Source of the DNA: a virus
Taxonomy: Duplodnaviria; Heunggongvirae; Uroviricota; Caudoviricetes
DNA: 40,397 nucleotides
Virus record (IMG/VR): IMGVR_UViG_2663763428_000010
Direction: 5' to 3' (one strand)
Part shown: positions 26,752 through 34,946 of the stretch, piece after piece
Layout of the letters: every line of letters begins with the position of its first letter
How positions within the stretch are numbered: the stretch's first letter is position 1
The notes under the pieces: generated by a model
Told to the model about the DNA's origin: nothing
What the model saw: the letters and a program-made list of their open reading frames with translations, nothing else
Database searches by the model: none
Translations under genes and position numbers: made by a program

Positions 26752-28550
26752 GTTACTTTGGCCTTAATCCAGTAAACCAGAATCAGCAACTTGACGAAGC
26801 AGCATCAAATCCAGCGGGCTTTAACAGCGATGTTGGTTTTTTCGACAATGCTGTAGGAGCGGCATTGTCTGGTTTGTACTCCGGGCTGGTGGCAAAGCCA
26901 GATCAGTTGCTATGGGCAGGGATGGATAAAATCGTATCCCCGATTGCTCAGTTTATTAACGAAAACACCTCGCTCAATGATACTTCAGTTTCATACATTG
27001 CCGAGCAGAGAAAACTAGCAGAGCAGCAGGTTAAGCGGCTGACGCCTGATGCCGCGACAACCGGAACCGCCGGGCAGGTTCTTTATGGGTTGTTCGATAT
27101 GGGCGGGCAGGCTGTTGTCGGTACAACGCTCGGTGGTCCTGTCGGAGGTGCAGCGGCGGTAACTTCGCTACAGGGTTTTTCTGAGTTTGAACGGCTGACA
27201 GCACAGGGTGTTGATTTCAGGACGGCGCAGGAAGCGGGATTAGTGCAGGGCATTACTGCTGGTGCCGGAACACTGATCCCTATGAGCCTCGGGTTACGTG
27301 CTGGTGGTGCGCTGGCGGAAGGTGTGGCGGCTCAGCTTGCGCGGACGGGTGAGAGTTCAGTGCGACGCGCCGCAGCAACAGCAGTACGTGCAACGCCAGA
27401 TATTGCCTATGCCGCAGGTACAAATATTGCGTTCGGTATGGCACAGCGTGGGCTTACTGCAAAAACGCTTCGTGATGGTGGCTATAGCGAAATGGCTAAC
27501 CAGTATGATGTGTTGGATCGACAGGCAATTGCTATTGATGCTGTTCTTGGGGTGGCGTTTGGTGGTGTCGGCAGATTTATTAACTCTCGCGGCGAGTCTA
27601 CAAGCGCACCAAATTTTTCACCAGTTGATGTCGATGCTGCACTGGCGGCGAATGCCGCTCATCATGCTGAAATTGATATTGCTCCTGGCGTCCCGATCAA
27701 CGTGCTTTCGCGCAATTCTCACATTCAGGCTCTGCGAAAAGCCATGTCTGATGTTAGCCAGGGGAGACCTGTAGACGTTGCCAGCATTGTTGAGTCTGCA
27801 TCTTTCAGTGAAATTCCTGGGCGCAAGAGTCTGCTGTCTCAGGCAGTTAATGAGGCTCTGTCATCTGTAGATGATGGAGTAACGGCGCGCGCTATAGAAA
27901 ATCGGTTGCTTGAAGAACAGGCCGCGCAGCTTTTGCCGCGTGGCGATAGACAGGTTTACCAGTCTGAAATCGCTAATAGCCAACGAATTATTGAAAATCT
28001 CACTGAACAGCGCGCACAAATTCTTGCAGAAGAGCCAACCGGTAGCGGTAAGGCTTTATCTCGTGCTCGATCAGATAAACAGGCCAGACTTCGCGATATT
28101 GACCAACGAATCCGGCAGGCGCAAGAACGCCTGGAATTTTCTCGTAACGCGTTGGCACCGCATGAGCCTGGCGGTCAGTTTTTTGAAGCTCGAGCAGAAC
28201 TGGCACGGCGACAGCAGGCAGAAAGTGAACTTAATGCTCAGGCTGTTTCATTCTATAAAACAGCAGAGGTCAGGACGCCAGACGAAGTAGCTCCTTTTGA
28301 GCCCGGTAAGATATTGCAACAGACAGAACAAAAAATGATGGCAGATCCGGCAGGAGATATTGATCTGCGTATAGCTGAAGACTCGCTGCTTGAATCTCCG
28401 GACATGATAATCACCGTGCTGGATGATGATGGTAATCCACAATCGCGCAGTGCGCGTGAAGTACTGGATGAAGCGAACAGGGAAAGTGAGCAGGCAATAC
28501 AGGATTCCAGCCTGTTTGATGTTGCTGTGGCGTGTTTCTTGAGAGGTTAA
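26748..28550 (+). CDS. Internal virion / ejection protein with Gly-rich hydrophobic segments
   Basis: 600 aa; ATGA overlap; glycine/alanine-rich hydrophobic stretches suggest membrane insertion. Confidence 0.55.
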   Translation: MSYFGLNPVNQNQQLDEAASNPAGFNSDVGFFDNAVGAALSGLYSGLVAKPDQLLWAGMDKIVSPIAQFINENTSLNDTSVSYIAEQRKLAEQQVKRLTPDAATTGTAGQVLYGLFDMGGQAVVGTTLGGPVGGAAAVTSLQGFSEFERLTAQGVDFRTAQEAGLVQGITAGAGTLIPMSLGLRAGGALAEGVAAQLARTGESSVRRAAATAVRATPDIAYAAGTNIAFGMAQRGLTAKTLRDGGYSEMANQYDVLDRQAIAIDAVLGVAFGGVGRFINSRGESTSAPNFSPVDVDAALAANAAHHAEIDIAPGVPINVLSRNSHIQALRKAMSDVSQGRPVDVASIVESASFSEIPGRKSLLSQAVNEALSSVDDGVTARAIENRLLEEQAAQLLPRGDRQVYQSEIANSQRIIENLTEQRAQILAEEPTGSGKALSRARSDKQARLRDIDQRIRQAQERLEFSRNALAPHEPGGQFFEARAELARRQQAESELNAQAVSFYKTAEVRTPDEVAPFEPGKILQQTEQKMMADPAGDIDLRIAEDSLLESPDMIITVLDDDGNPQSRSAREVLDEANRESEQAIQDSSLFDVAVACFLRG

Positions 28551-28555
28551 ATTAA

Positions 28556-31030
28556 ATGAGACAGGAATGTATACAAGCGGTCCAGCAGGCGGCGCAGCGC
28601 ACGTTAACGGCGCGAGAAATACAGAACATTGAAGACCGCATTTATCGAAATATGCGCTCCATTGCTCGTGATGACCCGATGTCGTGGCGACAACTTTCCG
28701 AATCAGAACGGTTGTATCGTGCAGCACAATTGGCATCTGAAGAATTACAGCGAGAAGCGGCATTAAAGAAACGTCGTGTGGCTCTCACTATAGCCGCACG
28801 TCAGAGATTGGATAAATTTATCAATAGCTATCAAGGGGCTGATGGGAAACTTGGCGCTCTTAACCGTACTATTGCTTTTAATGCAGACGGTAAATCGAAT
28901 TTCCTCTCTGTTGAATCCAGAACAAAAGCCACTCGTGATTATGCATTGAGTCAATTGCAGGAGGCATTTGAAGCAGTTGATCCTCGCTTTTTTGGTCTGT
29001 TTGAAGATGAAGCGGGCGTACGTGACCTGGTATATGAAATGCGGGGGCAAAATACTGGCAATGCTAAAGCAAGAAAAGGTGCTAAGGCGTGGAGAGAAGT
29101 TACAGAGCTGCTGCGCCGCCGGTTTAATGATGCTGGTGGGGACATTGGCTATCTCGAAAACTGGGGGATCCCTCAACATCATTCTATGGAAAAGGTTGGG
29201 GCGGTATCAAAGGATAAGTGGGTTAGCGATGTTATAGGTAAGCTGGATCGCAAATATTATACCCGAGCCGATGGACAACTGATGAACGATGCCGAGTTGT
29301 CTGCATTTCTTGGAGAGGCTTATAACACGATCGCTACTGGTGGGCTGAATAAGCTTACTGATACCGGAATGCGAATTTCCGGCGCACGTGCTAACCGTGG
29401 TAATGCATCACGACAGATACATTTCAAAGATGCAGATTCCTATCTCCAATATCAACAACTTTATGGCGATCGCTCTCTATGGGAAATCATGGTCGGTCAC
29501 CTGGAAGGTATCAGTAAAGATATTTCTCTGGTGGAAACATATGGTCCAAACCCCGATCATGTTTTCCGCTCACTTCTTGATCAGGTTAAGGCAGAAACGG
29601 CAACAGCTAACCCGAGTAAAACCGGTAAAGTCGAGCGGCTGGCGAACAACACAGAGAATCTGTACAACTTTATTTCCGGAAAGACACAGCCTGTAGCGAA
29701 TCCGCACATCGCGCAATGGTCTGACAATATCCGCAACTGGCTGGTTGCCAGCAGACTCGGATCCGCGTTGCTGTCATCGTTCTCTGATCTTGGAACCATG
29801 TATCTGTCTGCGAAGGTGACCAACCTTCCAATGAACCAGTTATTCCGCAACCAGCTTGAAGCTATGGACCCAACGAACCGTACTGAGCTTGCGCGGGCGC
29901 GACGCGCTGGTCTGGCGATGGAATCTCTACTTGGCAGCGTTAACCGCTGGGCGATGGATAATATGGGGCCGTCTGTGTCTCGTTGGGCTGCAACGGCGGT
30001 AATGCGTGCTAGTGGGCTTACAGCATGGTCAGATGCGCACAAGCGCGCCTATGGCGTAACCATGATGGGAAGCCTGGGAGAAGTAGTGTCACGGACACCA
30101 GACCTTCATAGCCTCGATGATTCTGATTTTCGTATCCTGAAAAGCAAAGGGATTACTGACACAGACTGGAGCGTATGGAGGCTGGCGCAACAGGAGGACT
30201 GGGGGAACGGCAATAATACGATGTTGACACCGGAAAGCATTATGCGTATCCCTGATTCAGCAGTTAAACATCTTGGTGAGCCTGAACGCGTGAAATTTGA
30301 GGCAATGCGTAAATTGCTCGGTGCCGTAACTGAAGAAGTTGATATGGCTGTTATTACACCGGGAGCACGTGAGCAACTGATAACTGGTTCTGGTATTCAG
30401 CGTGGAACATGGAAAGGTGAATTAACGAGAAGTGTTTTCCTGTTTAAATCGTTCCCTATCTCGGTGGTTATGCGTCACTGGTCACGCGCTATGGGTATGC
30501 CGTCTGCTGGTGGGCGTGCGGCATATATTGCGACGTTTATTGCCAGTACGACCATTCTTGGCGCTTTGTCGCAGCAACTTAACGACCTTGCGTCTGGTCG
30601 TAATCCTCGAGAGATGACAGGAGAAGATGCCGCAAAATTCTGGCTTGGTGCTCTACTGAAAGGTGGTGGTCTTGGCCTTTACGGTGACTTTTTATTGTCA
30701 GATCACACTAGGTACGGAAGCGGCGCGCTGGCGTCGATGCTTGGCCCGGTAGCTGGTCTGGTTGATGACGTAGTGAAGATTGCTCAGGGCATACCGTTAA
30801 ATGCTGTGGAAGGGAAGAATGAGCAGACTGGTGGTGATCTGGTTAAGCTGGGGAAAGGTTTGATGCCTGGTGCGAATCTCTGGTACTTGAAGGCGGCTCT
30901 CGATCACATGATCTTTAACCAGATGCAGGAGTATTTTTCACCAGGCTATTTGCGTAAAATGGAGCAACGTTCGAAGAAAGAGTTTAACCAGACATACTGG
31001 TGGAGACCTCAGGATGTCACTCCGCAATAA
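28556..31030 (+). CDS. Internal virion / ejection protein (large)
   Basis: 824 aa ORF completing the ejection-protein block. Confidence 0.55.
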   Translation: MRQECIQAVQQAAQRTLTAREIQNIEDRIYRNMRSIARDDPMSWRQLSESERLYRAAQLASEELQREAALKKRRVALTIAARQRLDKFINSYQGADGKLGALNRTIAFNADGKSNFLSVESRTKATRDYALSQLQEAFEAVDPRFFGLFEDEAGVRDLVYEMRGQNTGNAKARKGAKAWREVTELLRRRFNDAGGDIGYLENWGIPQHHSMEKVGAVSKDKWVSDVIGKLDRKYYTRADGQLMNDAELSAFLGEAYNTIATGGLNKLTDTGMRISGARANRGNASRQIHFKDADSYLQYQQLYGDRSLWEIMVGHLEGISKDISLVETYGPNPDHVFRSLLDQVKAETATANPSKTGKVERLANNTENLYNFISGKTQPVANPHIAQWSDNIRNWLVASRLGSALLSSFSDLGTMYLSAKVTNLPMNQLFRNQLEAMDPTNRTELARARRAGLAMESLLGSVNRWAMDNMGPSVSRWAATAVMRASGLTAWSDAHKRAYGVTMMGSLGEVVSRTPDLHSLDDSDFRILKSKGITDTDWSVWRLAQQEDWGNGNNTMLTPESIMRIPDSAVKHLGEPERVKFEAMRKLLGAVTEEVDMAVITPGAREQLITGSGIQRGTWKGELTRSVFLFKSFPISVVMRHWSRAMGMPSAGGRAAYIATFIASTTILGALSQQLNDLASGRNPREMTGEDAAKFWLGALLKGGGLGLYGDFLLSDHTRYGSGALASMLGPVAGLVDDVVKIAQGIPLNAVEGKNEQTGGDLVKLGKGLMPGANLWYLKAALDHMIFNQMQEYFSPGYLRKMEQRSKKEFNQTYWWRPQDVTPQ

Positions 31031-31039
31031 GGAAGTGTT

Positions 31040-31213
31040 GTGTTTTTAATTATTTTGAGTGTGATAATTTCTGGTGGATTGTTATTTATTGACCGCTACA
31101 AATATTTTCTTAACCCTCAGACTCAAGCTATTTGCTGGTTCATCTTTGCTGTGCAGGGAGTAGTTCTTGTTGCAAGCCTTATTGAGGGGAGGCCTCTTAT
31201 TTTTATTGGGTAA
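31040..31213 (+). CDS. Small hydrophobic protein candidate (57 aa, two predicted TM helices)
   Basis: GTG start with GGAAG RBS; below the 60 aa track threshold, read directly from sequence. Confidence 0.3.
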   Translation: MFLIILSVIISGGLLFIDRYKYFLNPQTQAICWFIFAVQGVVLVASLIEGRPLIFIG

Positions 31214-31225
31214 ATAGGTGACTAC

Positions 31226-31522
31226 ATGCAAGCTATAGGATTCATTGTTTATATCGTCGTTGGTCTTTTTCAGTTGGCAGCAATTATGGCTGGGCTTGAA
31301 TCATGGTGGGGATTGCACTGGATAATTGCAGCCCCCATTGCTTTCATCGTGAGCTATATTCCATTTGTTGGAGCGATTGTTGGTATGGTTGGCGCTGTGG
31401 ATGTATGGCGGTGGGAGTGGTGGCAGGCTGGCCTTCTATTCTTTGGTGGGATAATCTTTGCTATTGTCTGCGGTGGAATGTCATCATTTTTCGAATGGCT
31501 ATCATTCAGAAAAGGGACGTGA
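31226..31522 (+). CDS. Integral membrane protein (moron; possible superinfection exclusion)
   Basis: 98 aa, three to four hydrophobic helices, Trp-rich; AGGTGA RBS; stop inside GTGACATGTCAC palindrome. Confidence 0.55.
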   Translation: MQAIGFIVYIVVGLFQLAAIMAGLESWWGLHWIIAAPIAFIVSYIPFVGAIVGMVGAVDVWRWEWWQAGLLFFGGIIFAIVCGGMSSFFEWLSFRKGT

Positions 31523-31530
31523 CATGTCAC
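31519..31530. repeat. Exact 12-bp palindrome GTGACATGTCAC, copy 3 of 3
   Basis: Direct read; overlaps stop codon and abuts the terminator. Confidence 0.9.
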
Positions 31531-31556
31531 AGGCCGCTTTCGCGGCCTTGTTTTTA
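31531..31556 (+). terminator. Rho-independent terminator
   Basis: AGGCCGC-TTTC-GCGGCCT hairpin followed by TGTTTTTA. Confidence 0.7.
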
Positions 31557-31715
31557 ACGAATGCCACCGCCGCCCGGGCGGGAATCCGCAGAACGCCCAC
31601 CGCAGCGGGAGCCGTCAGCGGCAGTATCGCTGTCGTGCTGACAACGGCCGGCAAAGGCCTGAGTTGAAGCTACCAGAGACAACAAAACGAACAGTGCAGC
31701 AAATGCTTTTTTCAT
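31554..31715 (-). CDS. Small signal-peptide protein candidate
   Basis: MKKAFAALFVLLSLVASTQAFA signal-like N-terminus followed by a short GC-rich Cys-containing tail; weak RBS. Confidence 0.25.
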   Translation of the reverse strand: MKKAFAALFVLLSLVASTQAFAGRCQHDSDTAADGSRCGGRSADSRPGGGGIR

Positions 31716-31798
31716 TGTGAAAAATTTCCATCTATAAGCCACCTCAATGTGGCGTCAATGAGTGTAGCACTGACTTTTGTTTCGTCCATAAAAAACTA

Positions 31799-32311
31799 CT
31801 ATGCAGGCTTTTTGGATTTGTACGAATAATCCCACGGATAAACATTTCTACTAAGTGGAGCTGTATTCGTTCGTTCATGAAATAATTTTGTGAAATTCAA
31901 TACGGAATCCATCCAAACTTTTGCGTTAGCTTTGGTGTGTGCGGGCGGGTCCCAATAAGCTAGTAAGGCTGCATCTCTTATTTCATTGACTGCATATATG
32001 AGATATGCGTTACTGGTTGGTTTTGGCCTGTAATTTCCTTGTTCATCAATCAATCCATATGACCACTCATCCCAACACTGTTCAGTACATGAGTATGAAT
32101 ATGATGCATATTCACCAATATTGACATGAACCTTTCTGAGATGGAAGCCTAATACTTCCTCTGGTCTTTCAAAAAGAGTATCTTTTCCCAGATCAGGATG
32201 ATGACCATGACGCCAGTGTTGTTTAAAAGCATCTTTTAGCGAAATCAGAAAGTCATCAGTTTTAAACTCACCAGTAGGTATAACCTTCCCGCTATACTCA
32301 CTCAAAAACAT
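31799..32311 (-). CDS. Toxin-like protein, tentatively YafO-family
   Basis: 170 aa; segments HGHHPDLGKDTLF, LRKVHVNI and TSNAYLIY...LLAYWDPPAH resemble E. coli YafO as recalled from memory; ATG embedded in the end of the upstream gene with GGAAGAGGAA RBS. Confidence 0.45.
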   Translation of the reverse strand: MFLSEYSGKVIPTGEFKTDDFLISLKDAFKQHWRHGHHPDLGKDTLFERPEEVLGFHLRKVHVNIGEYASYSYSCTEQCWDEWSYGLIDEQGNYRPKPTSNAYLIYAVNEIRDAALLAYWDPPAHTKANAKVWMDSVLNFTKLFHERTNTAPLSRNVYPWDYSYKSKKPA

Positions 32312-32624
32312 CGAATTCCTCTTCCTTCATATGCGTTTCTAATGAGTTAAGCTGGCGGAAAGATATCTCTTTTGATTCTGCAGATGAGAGTTTTTTTATC
32401 CGCTTTATATTCTTTGTGATAGGAATAGACATTGTATGCACATCAGCGGATGCTCTTGGCTTTGTGCTGATAAAAATATGGCGCAATGCCGCATTTTCAC
32501 TATTGAACGAGCCAATAGCTGATTTACGTGCTACAACCTTACCAGTAAAAATACGACTCTTGCTACGCTTTGCATGAGTTCCGCTTCTTACCGGACCTCT
32601 CATCACGAATCCAAGTTTTGTCAT
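32298..32624 (-). CDS. Basic small protein, candidate partner/antitoxin of the downstream toxin-like gene
   Basis: 108 aa; GGAG RBS; overlaps the downstream gene by 14 nt; acidic C-terminus EEEFDVFE. Confidence 0.45.
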   Translation of the reverse strand: MTKLGFVMRGPVRSGTHAKRSKSRIFTGKVVARKSAIGSFNSENAALRHIFISTKPRASADVHTMSIPITKNIKRIKKLSSAESKEISFRQLNSLETHMKEEEFDVFE

Positions 32625-32666
32625 CTTTAATCTCCGGTAAGTTACAGGTATAAAATAAAAACAGGT

Positions 32667-32681
32667 TTACCTTTAAGGTAA
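32667..32681 (-). promoter_or_regulatory. Operator palindrome (TTACCTTTAAGGTAA) upstream of the two-gene toxin-like operon
   Basis: Perfect TTACC-N5-GGTAA about 45 bp upstream of the start at 32624, in an AT-rich promoter-like region. Confidence 0.5.
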
Positions 32682-32753
32682 TAGTACGCTATTCACCCCC
32701 GGTCTGCAATCTGTACAGAATTATTTAAAGGCACATCCCTGTGCCGCCGCCCG

Positions 32754-33464
32754 TCAGAAGAACCCTGCCTTGTCGTTGATGTACTCCGCGTGCGTCTGGA
32801 TATCACGCAGGCATTTACTCACACCGACGATGTAGCAGAACATGGTGGTCAGCTCCGCCGCCGCGCCCGATACGTCGTGCCCGTCGTCCTGCAACTGATT
32901 CAGCAGATTCATCAGCAATGAGTTCTCCGTCAGGCCGAGAACACCAGACGGCGAATGAATCAGACTGCGGTAGCCGGGCTTCAGTGGGGCACTGTAGGTT
33001 TTGTTCTCTATCTTCATTGCCTGCATCACTGCTGACGCCGTGGCGTTGGCTACCTGGTCGGCAACCATCTTTATGCGTTCTTCCTGCGGGAACGAGTTTT
33101 TAATGTAGCTTCCTGTTCGACGGATCTGAGGAAGTACCTCACCTGTAACCCATTTACGAAAGCGGTAGGGGATAGTGCCTAGTGTCACTGCGTCGCGGCA
33201 GCGGAGGATCAGTGTGTAGAGGCCTGACTCGGAGATGATGTTGATCTCTTTTACTCGGCTGTCAAAAATTGCACGATGTTCATGCCCTATGTTGAACATA
33301 GACCTTTCATCATCATCCAGTTTTTCAAGTGCTTGGGTGACGTTTTGGATACGCAGCGCACTACAAACGTCTTGGGCTACAAACCATGGTTGGCCATCGA
33401 TAATGATGGAACGGATAGGGTTAACAGATTCAAATTTGAAGATGGCAGTTTGAGCATTAGCCAT
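32754..33464 (-). CDS. Bro-N domain antirepressor-like protein
   Basis: N-terminal Bro-N-like segment; ATG at 33464 with GGAG RBS; C-terminal domain homologous to the small protein at 34613-34870. Confidence 0.65.
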   Translation of the reverse strand: MANAQTAIFKFESVNPIRSIIIDGQPWFVAQDVCSALRIQNVTQALEKLDDDERSMFNIGHEHRAIFDSRVKEINIISESGLYTLILRCRDAVTLGTIPYRFRKWVTGEVLPQIRRTGSYIKNSFPQEERIKMVADQVANATASAVMQAMKIENKTYSAPLKPGYRSLIHSPSGVLGLTENSLLMNLLNQLQDDGHDVSGAAAELTTMFCYIVGVSKCLRDIQTHAEYINDKAGFF

Positions 33465-33733
33465 GGTGGTTATCTCCACTTAGTGATTTTAATCACCACC
33501 GCAACGCCAATTACTGGTGGTGAACTGGACAAGGTTGGCGTACCGGCCTAAGTGGTACCGGTGTCCTTTCGGACCCCTGCCCAGCCCACCATAATTCGGA
33601 TATAGCTGTGCTTAACGCATAAAAAAACCACGTCTGGCGTGGTATGCGCCACTTAGTAACCCGGGACGCCAATCCCGGCACTGGATTTTGCCAGTGCCCG
33701 ATTACTATGGCACAAGAGGAGTGCGATGTAAAT

Positions 33734-33748
33734 TTACCGCAAAGGTAA
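33734..33748 (-). promoter_or_regulatory. Operator palindrome (TTACCGCAAAGGTAA) upstream of antirepressor gene
   Basis: Perfect TTACC-N5-GGTAA in the long leader upstream of the Bro-N gene. Confidence 0.5.
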
Positions 33749-33826
33749 TGATAAGCGCGGATAAATATTAAAATCAACCGTATTTGGTTGATTACGTTTA
33801 ACGCTTGATCACCTGAAAGCAAGATA

Positions 33827-33841
33827 TTACCTTTAAGGTAA
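33827..33841 (+). promoter_or_regulatory. Operator palindrome (TTACCTTTAAGGTAA) upstream of membrane zinc-ribbon gene
   Basis: Perfect palindrome 20 bp upstream of ATG 33862; TTGATC -35-like hexamer at 33804-33809. Confidence 0.5.
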
Positions 33842-33861
33842 TGTTATTGTGAGGAAAAGCA

Positions 33862-34590
33862 ATGGAAGTTTTCTGGATAGTTGTTGGTGTGGTTGCGGTG
33901 ATTATTTACGTTATCAACCAGAACAAGACTAAGATCTCTGATCGTACGGTCGTTAATCATAACAAAACGATAAAGACCGAAGATGGGGAGATAACGATTA
34001 ATCGTACACAGGTGATAGAACACACCTCTACTCAGTTTCAAAAAACTGGAGGTAATGCGCCTGATATTTCCGCACCTCCTGCTTATGATAGTGCGGTAAT
34101 CCAGACATATTATAAACAGCAGGAGTTAGCAAAAGAGAGGCAACTGATTCAGCCAAAGCCGTTTACAGCTGAGCTTCCACCTGGAGTGTCAACGCGTCCG
34201 GCATATCATGGAAGATTCCCTGGTGATGACATATCGTCTCAGTCATCTAAAAAAGCACCTCAGGCAGTATCAGAGCCAGCAAGAATAACTTCTGTATCGC
34301 CGCCAAAAGAAGAATCAGCTAACAGAGTTTCAAGTGGTAGCAAGCAGTGCTTGCGATGCAGAATAAACCTTCCATATGAAAAATTCAGGAAATCGTCAAA
34401 AAATCCAGATGGATTGACTAAGTGGTGTGCAAGGTGTCTCGATGGCCCAAAGAATACACGCCATATGAAGTGGTGCCCAATTTGTAATGTCCGCAGAAAA
34501 CGAACCAGCTTTTACCCTAATAATCAAAATGCGGACGGCTTAATGGCATGGTGCAAAACGTGCTGGGATGAGCACAAAGCGAAACGATAG
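33862..34590 (+). CDS. Membrane-anchored protein with two tandem C4 zinc-ribbon repeats
   Basis: 242 aa; N-terminal TM helix; two repeats of CxxC-x21/22-CxxC sharing DGL...WC...C. Confidence 0.6.
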   Translation: MEVFWIVVGVVAVIIYVINQNKTKISDRTVVNHNKTIKTEDGEITINRTQVIEHTSTQFQKTGGNAPDISAPPAYDSAVIQTYYKQQELAKERQLIQPKPFTAELPPGVSTRPAYHGRFPGDDISSQSSKKAPQAVSEPARITSVSPPKEESANRVSSGSKQCLRCRINLPYEKFRKSSKNPDGLTKWCARCLDGPKNTRHMKWCPICNVRRKRTSFYPNNQNADGLMAWCKTCWDEHKAKR

Positions 34591-34614
34591 GCCGCTCTTG
34601 CGGCCTTTAAATTT
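34589..34614. terminator. Hairpin terminator between convergent genes
   Basis: AGGCCGC-TCTT-GCGGCCT followed by TTAAATTT. Confidence 0.45.
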
Positions 34615-34870
34615 ACCGGGTTTGTTTTCGTAATTGTTCGGCACAATAGTCGAGATGTGTTTGCAGATCCCGCATAGACATCTGTGAGCTGGTGACGTAG
34701 TTAATCAGTGCAGTCAGTTCGGCAAGTGGGCCATCGACATTAAATCCATCCTTATCGAGATCCCGGAGTAATTTCATCAAGTGCGATCCCTCCACCAGTG
34801 ACCTGACGCCTCCCGGCGTGTGAATCCTTTCGGTAAATCCGTCTTCCAGTGGATAGTGATACTGCTGCAT
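34613..34870 (-). CDS. Small protein paralogous to the C-terminal domain of the Bro-N antirepressor
   Basis: 85 aa from ATG at 34870 with GGAGAAG RBS; alignable by eye to Bro-N protein residues about 150-235 (shared LRDIQTH / MRDLQTH block). Confidence 0.55.
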   Translation of the reverse strand: MQQYHYPLEDGFTERIHTPGGVRSLVEGSHLMKLLRDLDKDGFNVDGPLAELTALINYVTSSQMSMRDLQTHLDYCAEQLRKQTR

Positions 34871-34946
34871 CTTATCTTCTCCATGCAATAACTGTATATT
34901 TATACAGTATCAAATAATTTGTTTGCTATCCAGCACGTTTTGCAAA

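Noticed and set aside
31524-31667. Plus-strand small ORF starting inside the GTGACATGTCAC palindrome
   Set aside because: Its first codons form the terminator hairpin at 31531-31556; the resemblance of its AAFAALF peptide to the minus-strand signal peptide appears coincidental.
33480-33760. LexA box upstream of the antirepressor gene
   Set aside because: No CTGT-N8-ACAG match found by eye; a matrix scan would be needed to exclude a weak site.
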